From: Polymyxa betae A26-41 | Taxonomy: Eukaryota > Protista > Endomyxa: Phytomyxea | Direction: 5' to 3' | Assembly (NCBI GenBank): GCA_003693705.1 | Contig: RBZT01000219.1 | Span: forward strand, 57,697-121,696 | DNA length: 64,000 nt | Shown: piece after piece, positions 10,548-19,571 of the stretch | Layout of the letters: each line of letters opens with the position of its first letter | How positions within the stretch are numbered: the stretch's first letter is position 1 | The notes under the pieces: model-generated | Databases searched by the model: none | The model's input: only the letters and a program-made list of their open reading frames with translations | Told to the model about the DNA's origin: nothing | Made by a program: the position numbers and the translations under genes

Positions 10548-13127
10548 TCACGTTGCAGAACTAGATATTGCTAATAGTTTCAGCTTGAAAAGCGGATGTA
10601 GTTGCCCCTTCTCAGCGCCAAATAAGTACCATTCCTTGCTGTTTGTTATTGTCAGATAAACTGATCGCAATAGTGAAATTCCGATTACCCATCTTTGCTA
10701 AGGTGGGAATCGTAGTCTGATTTTGGAGGAACCATTTGCCAGAAATCTTGAAACTGGTATGATTTACCTAAAAGAATCCTGAGGTGACAAACCCGTTGAT
10801 AAATCCTGATTGAGTTACCCGGGATACATTCGACCATAATCACATCAAATATTCTCAACGTCTGTTGCGGTCCGGATGATTGATTTATATCTGTCATACT
10901 CAGAGACGATGAAGCCGAGATTGTAGGTGTTGGTTCCTGATCTTCGTCGTCAAGCGAATCAATGGAGACGTTTGGCAATAAATGCTGCAATGATCTGACA
11001 CAGGTTTTGGAGATGTAAACACTGTAAGTTTGGTTTTAAGATTGCACGTGTTTGTAAAGAGCATTGATCAAAAACATTACCCTTTCTTGGGATCTCCATA
11101 CCAGCGATCTTTTTCATTATTCGGGTTATTCTTGTGAAGTGATGGATAAATCCCGTTGATGCATGCAGTATCGACGAATTTTGCATCTGTTGTATAAAAT
11201 CCAATACGAACCCTTTTGTCGTCGCCGTTACGATCAGATCGACTGAAAAAATTTCTCTTCCATTTCAGCCATCGATCATCGATATGTTTCGTATACACCT
11301 AGATAATTTAGTTCAAGAACGACAAGAGTCAATGCTGCATACTCGGTGAATAGACAGGACCTGTGTTAATGATTAAGGTAAGACGTTATTAATCAATGTA
11401 AAAAGAACAACCTGAACCGAATCAAAGGCAGGCGCATTTCCCATATGGCGTAAAAGAATAGATTTGCAGTGGATGTAATCGTCATGGTCTGGTTGCAACT
11501 CAGTAATTACACGTACATCTGATTGCTTGAACGTCTCCAAGGCTAGAGCTGCATTAGAAGGGTTATGACGTCCAAGATTGTTGTGTACCGTCCTCAGTTG
11601 AAAGTTCAAGAATAGCTGAAGCAATGCGACGTCTTGTATCAGATCGATTTATATGCAACAGCTGGATAAGCTCCTGTCAGTAAACAATAAGTAAGGGTTT
11701 TCTGAGCCTCATTTCATGCATGCCTCATCTTTCAACTGCAGTAGCTTATGTCCAGTTATTGCACTCTGTTTAACGAGCTGTGCAATGCGCTCGTCAGAGT
11801 GCGTTAGCTGCTTCAGAAAGTTGGCGACAACTTCGACGCTCCAATGGTGTGCACGTCCTCGAAATCTGTCGAATACGAGATAAGAAATTGACTGCATCGA
11901 TGATTCCAGTAAACCTGTCAGGTATTAATCGCTTCCGCTTTCCACCGAATTCAGAGCGATATACGACTTGCTCAGACCGACAATCGGATAGCCATATAGC
12001 ATCGTATACTCGACCATCACAATGATAAAACGTTCCAGGTCCCGATCTTTTGCCACGCTTGTACAGACCAGCATGGCAATCGCCAGGCTCAAATCTATAT
12101 CGGACACCATTGTCGTTTATGATCTGAATGGAGGCCCAGATATACACACCATGACCTTCCTATAGAATATAGTAGGTTACAGACTATATTTGGGATCTTG
12201 GGGTCACCCCATCACCTTAAAACCATTATGCCAATGACCTTCATATCGACATCTATTACTATATATAGCAACGCCATATCCATCTCTTTTATCATTCAGC
12301 CATTCTCCATTGTACTCGTATCCCGACGCCGTCCATTTACCACGGCCATGGCGCCGTCCAGAATGAAAGCTTCCGGCGTATTCGTCACCAGTAGGATACG
12401 TTAAGGTCCCCTGTCCATGAGGCAAGTCTTGATACCATTGGCCATGATACTGAACTCCATTTGGGAACAGTTGACGGCCATTTCCTTGACGAAGCCCTTC
12501 ATACCATTCACCTTCGTAAGTTTGTTTTCGATGAAATAGGCGACCGAACCCGTGGCGTAAACCTTTTCGAAATTGTCCTTTATATTCACTTCCTGATGAA
12601 GAGATAAAATACCCATTTCCATCAGGTAAGCCTTCTTTCCATTTGCCTAAAATGGGAGTATAACAATTCATGTGGTTTTACTTCAATTGAAATGCTCACC
12701 ATCATACTTGGCACCCGATAATGCAAATAATTGACCGTGACCATCGCGCTCCCCAAGCAACCACCAGCCTTTGTAGTAATCGCCATCTGGCCAAATCTGT
12801 AGCCAGAATAAGCAGAAAGAATCAATTGTTTACAATTTATGTTCTCACGTGGATACCGTGTAAAGGTTTGGTATTACTGTTTGGTATCTGATTAGCATCA
12901 TTGAAGTTCCGTATTGGAGTTGACTGCTTTTTTGTCGTATTTGCAAATGGTGCCGGAGGAAGTAGTCTCTTCGAGACAATGTCGTAGGTAAGGTCGTTAT
13001 TAGTACATGCAATACATGCAAATGGCGATATCGATTGTGTCCAGACATCCAAGCACGAATTGGCTAATTCCGAAGATATACACTCAGCAAGATCATGACT
13101 GATCTCTTCGTCGTCATCACCTGACAT
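10548..13127 (-). CDS. MORN-repeat (about 10) + SAM + PARP-fold (ADP-ribosyltransferase-like) protein, multi-exon
   Basis: YxGxW..G..HG repeats 11980-12860; SAM WSVEVVANFL...ITGHKLLQLKDEELIQLLHI...RRRIASAILEL; C-terminal RIGFYTT...CINGI...YGDPKKGVYIS...VECIPGKSY...PPKSDYDSH...KEWYLF...QLHPLFKL. Confidence 0.8.
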
Positions 13128-13176
13128 TGGAACTTGGTCTTTTATTTTGCTTTTGATTTCCTCATTGATAGATATT

Positions 13177-15141
13177 TTATCGATCTAAATGTGTCCTTGA
13201 TATTGATTTGTGATTTACATTTGTACTGTTATCGGATGGCGGAGATATATCATCGAGCTGTATTCTCGAGACTATATCCTTCAAGAGAATTGATGCTTTA
13301 GCGTCTTCGAAGTTAGAATAACCGATCCATTTGGAATACTCAATCTCTTGCAATTTCCAGCGAATAGCATTCAAAGCAGAACTTCGATGCTGATCATGTT
13401 TGATACTTGATATGAATTCAGTACAACTTGCTCGTGCATTAATATCTGAAAAAGTTAAACACTGTAAAATGGTAAAGGGAATCAGATCCATAATGTCTTC
13501 AGTGACGTTCAAGCATTCGTGAAGAACCTTGACAAGTACTAGTTCATCCTCTGCTGAATATGGTGGCGCAATCCACAACCGAACCAAAGCAATATCGGGC
13601 GGCGACGATTGTCGAGCAGCGAATATTTTCAAAATTAGCCTCAAAGCTAAAGGGCGCCTTCTTGAATCATAATGACATAGTGCTTTATAGACACTGGCAG
13701 TGTGGCCAGAATCTGCAAACAGGGGCGATATGCTTTCAACCAGCATATCACATACATCTGGACTGACACAATCCATTCCCAGAACGCTATGAATCAGATC
13801 ATCGACGTCAGGCAGTTTATCAAGAAGTTGATGGAAAATGACAGCAATTAACTTGACAAGAAAGGCAGAATGGGTGCACCCATCGCTGATTTGCCTTAAT
13901 GATGTCATAATGGTTGATATTCCCAACTCCACATTGATCAAACCCCGATGTTCTTCAGCGATGGCATGTAGAAAATTTAATGCTTTCAGATTGCGGATGC
14001 AGGCGTGGACAAAAAAAAATGAACTTAACAGACTCTCGATTAACGGTTGATGTCCCAGAAACTCATGAAGTGAACATAACGAATCTTCAAGGATCTCGTT
14101 TGAAAAAACTTGTTGATGCGTTAGAAGGCTTGTTAAAGTAGAGCCAACAACAGTTAAATCCTCTTTTGTTGAAGAATTCAAAATAAATAAGAATAACTGC
14201 TTATGCTTGGATAAACCGGATAAGAGACAGAATCGAAAGATATCTGTTCGAGCAGGTGTGGGAACCGTCTGGGCTTTAAGCAGCTCTATCAATGCTTCCT
14301 CTTCGATGAGTAGCCTTTGCCTAAGTGCCAATAACAAGCGATATGATTCAACTGTCACATTGAACAGCGAACTGTCCCAAATATTCGTCAGTGAGATAGA
14401 CAGTTTTGACTTGAACGAGTTCGAAGCCTTGTGCTTAGATAGGGCGACAGGATTTAAAAGCATCAAGCGTAGCTCATCATCAATCAGTATGAGTTCAAAA
14501 AAACGTATAGACGGGCTTTGAGCTGATTCGATCATCGGCTGGAGAAAAACGTTGGGAAAACGAGATTTATCAGATGTGATGATCGAGAATAAAACGTCGG
14601 CATCGTTTTCAAGACGACAAAAAAGATCAAGCACGAGAGCTTGGCAATTTGCAGACGAGTCAATGATATTGTCAATTAAAGGCATTAATTCGGAAACTGG
14701 TCGCTGTGTCGAAAGAAAATGTCGACATAACCCAATACGAAATTCGATAGGTGCTCGAGAAAAAATGAGAGCTGGCAATGCCGATACTGCACACGATAAC
14801 GTAGCAATATATTGTTCTCGAACTGAAGCTTTGGCACCTAGGATGGCTTCAGTCAAAAGTGTATCAAACTGTCCAGCTTGAAGTTGTAATAAAAGCTCCA
14901 GCGTAAAGTCGCCTTGTGAGAGCAGATTGGCAACGCATTGGATGACGTGATCTGGTTGATTTTTAAAGAGTTGCTGGGTAAGCCATGGGTAGAGAGTTAA
15001 TAGGGATAGCAAATCGGAGCTGATCGAGCACGTCTGATGCGAAGGATGCTTTCTATGAGATGCAGTAATATGATGTCGGATGAGCTGGAGACCATCGGGC
15101 CTGGTCAGACATTTGGCCCATGGATGAATGTCTGAGGTCAT
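13177..15141 (-). CDS. Single-exon 654-aa Leu-rich alpha-solenoid (ARM/HEAT-like) protein
   Basis: Long intact ORF with amphipathic Leu-rich helices; family not recognised. Confidence 0.7.
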   Translation of the reverse strand: MTSDIHPWAKCLTRPDGLQLIRHHITASHRKHPSHQTCSISSDLLSLLTLYPWLTQQLFKNQPDHVIQCVANLLSQGDFTLELLLQLQAGQFDTLLTEAILGAKASVREQYIATLSCAVSALPALIFSRAPIEFRIGLCRHFLSTQRPVSELMPLIDNIIDSSANCQALVLDLFCRLENDADVLFSIITSDKSRFPNVFLQPMIESAQSPSIRFFELILIDDELRLMLLNPVALSKHKASNSFKSKLSISLTNIWDSSLFNVTVESYRLLLALRQRLLIEEEALIELLKAQTVPTPARTDIFRFCLLSGLSKHKQLFLFILNSSTKEDLTVVGSTLTSLLTHQQVFSNEILEDSLCSLHEFLGHQPLIESLLSSFFFVHACIRNLKALNFLHAIAEEHRGLINVELGISTIMTSLRQISDGCTHSAFLVKLIAVIFHQLLDKLPDVDDLIHSVLGMDCVSPDVCDMLVESISPLFADSGHTASVYKALCHYDSRRRPLALRLILKIFAARQSSPPDIALVRLWIAPPYSAEDELVLVKVLHECLNVTEDIMDLIPFTILQCLTFSDINARASCTEFISSIKHDQHRSSALNAIRWKLQEIEYSKWIGYSNFEDAKASILLKDIVSRIQLDDISPPSDNSTNVNHKSISRTHLDR

Positions 15142-15696
15142 ATAAAGATTATCTTCTGATCGGCATTGCAGCCTAACCTAAAAATCTATCTCCGCTGTAA
15201 TAAAATAATCAGACTCGCATTCATTGTTATCTGTGCAGATTCGGACGCAGCAAGTTTAAAATGTGTCGATAACGTATTAGTATAAACGAAATTGGTAGAT
15301 GAGATATATGACTTGGATGAAGCTCGCAAAAGGTGAATTTCTGCTAAACATTTCATGTTTATGAGTGTTTAAGTGAAGGGGCCGGTATAAATGGTGTTCA
15401 GCCAAGTATCTAATAATGAGCTCGTGCTGAGCATTGTGATGGGTGACCTAATTCTGATTGCATTGATTCGGACTGAATAAGCATGCTCTTTCCTTTGAAC
15501 AAGTGCGGCGACATCGCAGATCTTAGGTCATCTGGAGCCCCAGTTCTATTCTAGCAAACCAGCATAAGATGAATCCATTTCGACCTATGCAATTTTGAAA
15601 CAAGTCCATCTCTATCAAAAACTATTTGCGATTTGATGGCGTATCTCATATCGTTACTGAGAATAAGAGTCTATAAAACAGCATAAACATGCGAAG

Positions 15697-15768
15697 GGCT
15701 TAGTGGTCTAGTGGCATGATTCTCCGTTCGGGTCGGAGAGGTCCCGGTTTCGATTCCCGGCTGAGCCC
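15697..15768 (+). tRNA. tRNA-Pro(CGG)
   Basis: Acceptor GGCTTAG/CTGAGCC, A-box TGGTCTAGTGG, anticodon arm CTCCG-TT-CGG-GT-CGGAG, T-loop TTCGATT; TATAAAA about 25 nt upstream and T-runs downstream. Confidence 0.92.
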
Positions 15769-16066
15769 GTCATTTTCCTTTTTTGTCATCCAAGTGAGCA
15801 GAATAGAAGCGCTCTTCGGTTCTTGACAGCAGCATCCACTTCAAGGCACCAATCCATTGGGCCTTGTAGCTGTTAGGTTGGGTGGGATTGCTTCAGAAAC
15901 AAATGAGGGAAATTGCGTTGGATACTGTGAGCGCTGCCCACGCTCGACTGGCGAATAACATGTGCACTGTTGGTATGCGACTGGCTGGTGAATGGTTTTA
16001 CGTCTACGGGGCTTTCCTAATCCAATGTCTGCTATGTCATAACCATTTGTTACTGACAAATTCAAC

Positions 16067-16501
16067 ATGATCAAGTTCTACCTCTTTCTCGTCTTAGGGC
16101 TGATCACGGCCCTTGACGCACAAGTTAACATCGAAGCGATCCCAGATGTGACCGGGGCCAAACCTGAAGAGGTTCCTGCTAAAGCAGCAGAATCCTCCCC
16201 TGGTGTTAACGAGAACGAGCAAGAGTTTTTCGAAGGGTCTATCAAGGCTGGTGACTTGGACAATTTCCCGATACAATTCAGTTCTTTGCTGTGTGACGCG
16301 ACTGACTGCATCCTGTTGGAAGAGGAAGTCGTTCTGGGTAATCATGTACAATTCGATGATTTCGCCATCGAAGAAGCTGTTAAGACTATTGAGTCAGTTC
16401 TCGATGCTTTCTTTAAAGTCTTCAATCTCGACAATGAGTTCAAGCTTGAAAAGCCCCAATCTGAGCCAACCGCTTCCGCTGCGTTGGAGTCGAATGCCTG
16501 A
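16067..16501 (+). CDS. Small acidic secreted protein (signal peptide), unknown function
   Basis: MIKFYLFLVLGLITALDA signal peptide; 144-aa intronless ORF. Confidence 0.75.
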   Translation: MIKFYLFLVLGLITALDAQVNIEAIPDVTGAKPEEVPAKAAESSPGVNENEQEFFEGSIKAGDLDNFPIQFSSLLCDATDCILLEEEVVLGNHVQFDDFAIEEAVKTIESVLDAFFKVFNLDNEFKLEKPQSEPTASAALESNA

Positions 16502-16687
16502 ATTATCATACATCTCAAGTTTAATTTTCTAGATCATAATCATACATACTCGCTGATTTTCTTTCGTCTAATATCAGTCGTTTGCATATTGTTTCTAGTA
16601 GCGATGTTGTAGCATCTGCAACGAACATTTACAGCATTTGCCATAATTTGACCTATGTGTTTATTCTTGTTTATCAATCGTGTGGAT

Positions 16688-17386
16688 TTACGGTATGTCG
16701 CTGTAATCGGTGGTGTTCATTCGCCTCAAATTTTCTGTGTAATCATGCACCAAGTGCTCAATTTGTGCAACTTCATGACGTATCTCTTCGTGCAAAGCGC
16801 TGTGCTCAGCATTGCTAGGATCTGGTAAGCCAAATGTCTGTACATGACGCATCACGTCGCCGAGAACGACAAGAATAGTTTGTGACGAGTCACTCCAGCT
16901 ATCAGCATCTTCGATTTGTTCGAAATATCGATTGATGCGGTCGCTGTAAGACCGCACTGAACGAATATGATCATTATCTAAATCATTGCTTCCAGCATCA
17001 TCTTCGCTTGTGTTCGTAGTAGCGGCATTCAAAGTTGTTGTGGATAATGTTCTTGTCGACTTCAGTCTCTTGGCATTAGAACAGTTAACGTCCACTGTCT
17101 CGCCAATATGATTGTTGCAATCATCTTGTTGGAGCGATTGGTGCTTAGTATCATTTCTGCCTCGCTTTGAGCGAACAGCTTCGGTTCTCGGTGGAGCATT
17201 ATTGTCTAATTGAATCACAAGCTGAAGGCCATGAGGACCTTGACGAACAACCCTTGTAGAAATAGGATCGCGCTCCAAAAGTGGTGTTAGAACTGCTGGA
17301 ACCGGCTTGCTGACAGCAATTCCACCTCCCGGCTCCGCCTTCGATGTTGGACCATGATTTGATATCAAGGCTGTCTCGCATGGCAT
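16688..17386 (-). CDS. Uncharacterised 232-aa protein
   Basis: Intact ORF with disordered N-terminal half and helical C-terminus; basic patches RSKRGR and KRLK. Confidence 0.55.
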   Translation of the reverse strand: MPCETALISNHGPTSKAEPGGGIAVSKPVPAVLTPLLERDPISTRVVRQGPHGLQLVIQLDNNAPPRTEAVRSKRGRNDTKHQSLQQDDCNNHIGETVDVNCSNAKRLKSTRTLSTTTLNAATTNTSEDDAGSNDLDNDHIRSVRSYSDRINRYFEQIEDADSWSDSSQTILVVLGDVMRHVQTFGLPDPSNAEHSALHEEIRHEVAQIEHLVHDYTENLRRMNTTDYSDIP

Positions 17387-17775
17387 TGCAGTCTCTAACT
17401 GGAGACGTCGGGCCCGAATTCGCTGGACACAGCGGCACCCGCGAGAGGTTGATTAAATCGTTAAGATCTCGCTTCGATCCTAATGATATTTAAGGTTCGC
17501 GTGTGCCCTTATAGGGAGATACATCAATCTTGACATTAAATATCCTATATTTACGTACTAATGTGTATATAATAGGCACGAGAAAATCATCCAGCAGCAC
17601 GGCTCAAGAACCCTGAATACAGACCAATAACATGGCTTCCGAGCAAATGCAGTACGAAAAGGAGACATAAGTAGGAGATGGTCCGATGGCAGAGGAGTGG
17701 TCACATTAATTTTCTCTTGCTTTTATACACTCACTTAAGGAGACGCGTACCCGCGCCGCTCTTATTACTATCATC

Positions 17776-19078
17776 ATGAAGCTTGAAGCTTTATGGGGCG
17801 GATTTGGGGCTGCTGCTGCCTTCATAGCTGCTGTCGGCTTAGCCACTCTGGTTAAGATCTATGGCAATGACAACACTGCTGTACCGTTGGCTGATATTAC
17901 CCCTGATCCTAAACGTTTTCCTCAGTATATCCAGACGAAGCAAGGTTGGTTATCCTGCATCTTAAATCGTTTATTATACTGAAAAGGTACAGGACATTGG
18001 CTATTCTGGAGGAAATGGTTTGTGGCTTTTGCTGAATCGATAGTGCAATTCATTATGAAGTAAGGACTGTTCCGGATCCAGAAGCTGTGGTTTTTTTAGC
18101 TCACGGTTTTGGTGAACATTGTGGGCGGTATGAACACGTTGCTCAGTATTTAGCAAGTCGAAAGATCAACGTATATGCTGTAGACCATCAGGTTTTGAAT
18201 ACTTCAGTTATATCTCGTACTGACAATTGAGCTGTTATCGCATAGGGACATGGACAATCAACTGGAACATTTACTTTTTTCCAGAAATTTGAACATTTAG
18301 TCGACGATTTCAAGTTTTTCATAGAGACAACAGTCTCAACAATGAACGATTTCGAAAAAGCGCTTCCCAAGTTTTTGCTTGGTCATTCAATGGTAGTCAA
18401 AAACAGTTTTTTATAGCGTTCTCTTACTTGCGTAGGGTGGAGCTGTAGCTGTCCATACTGCATTATTATCCAAAAATGAATTTACGGGTGTCATTCTTTC
18501 TGGTCCAATGCTCGCTCCAGATGCTTCAGTGGCAACCCCAACTAGAGTTAAAATGGCTAAGGTTATTTGCTATAAGGATCATATCACCAATTATCAGTAA
18601 CTGTGGTTCTTAGATGATGTCGAAACTCCTACCCAAGCTGCCAGTTGGCTCGTTAGATATCAAAACCATTTGCTCAGACAGCACTGTAGTCAAGCTGGCG
18701 TTATCTGACAGATTATACAGTGAATTGCCAATGGTAGCTAGGGTGGCTTATGAATTTCTTGCGGAGATGGATTATTTGCAGTCTGTGGCTGCCGAAGTTA
18801 CTTTTCGGTACTACGTTCTCTTCGGAAGTGATGATAAAATCGCTTCAGTCGAAGGAATTTCTCTATGGCATAATAACACTAAAAGCCCTGACAAAAAGTC
18901 GACTTGCTTTCCAGGCCTATTCCATGAGCCATTCCACGAGGTAAATGGTTGCTCATGGGTACTTGCCGAATGCTCATTCAAACGATTTCAGCGGGAATCT
19001 GAAGAGGTTCTAGATTCTGTGGCCAAATGGATTCGGGATCGATTAACCATCAATGAACCGATAACCCTTTCCGTATAA
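17776..19078 (+). CDS. Monoglyceride lipase/lysophospholipase (alpha/beta hydrolase) with N-terminal TM anchor
   Basis: HGFGEHCGRY, DH(Q)GHGQS, GHSM/GG nucleophile elbow, FGSDDKIA, GLFHE. Confidence 0.9.
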
Positions 19079-19571
19079 CGGAAATGCTCAACCAATTATG
19101 AAAACTGGCTCTTTGAAGATCGACTTTAAACTTGTTCTTTGTTCACTATGCTATAAAGCGCGAAATCAAGCGTTTGATTTCGTCTTCGACTACTTAAGTT
19201 GGTGAAAGGAATGCGCTTGCAATAAAAAAAAAGTGAAAATATTCACGCTCAAACTGGGAGTTGGCAAGAATGATTATAGGAAAACTGCTCTAAAGTAGAT
19301 CGGGGCAGATTGCAAAGAAACTTCGAAAGATCTAAATCATGTACGTATTCATGGTGATTAAGTTGCCGGTCCCAGTGATCTATTTATCTTACCAGTCGCG
19401 ATCGGTACTCGGTGAGTGGCGCATTTTAGGGTTTTGATTGCGCAGCTTCTCATATATATTGAGCTCGCAGATCAGTTCCGCAGTTCGGATTCCCCGTCTC
19501 GGTCACTTCCTCTCTTCTCCATTTTCACAGTCGCACCTTGTTTGTTCAAGTGATCTGGAGGTTGCCTCATC

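Noticed and set aside
13177-15141. Possible BRAT1 identity for the HEAT-like protein
   Set aside because: Only vague resemblance, and the C-terminal DCY motif is absent
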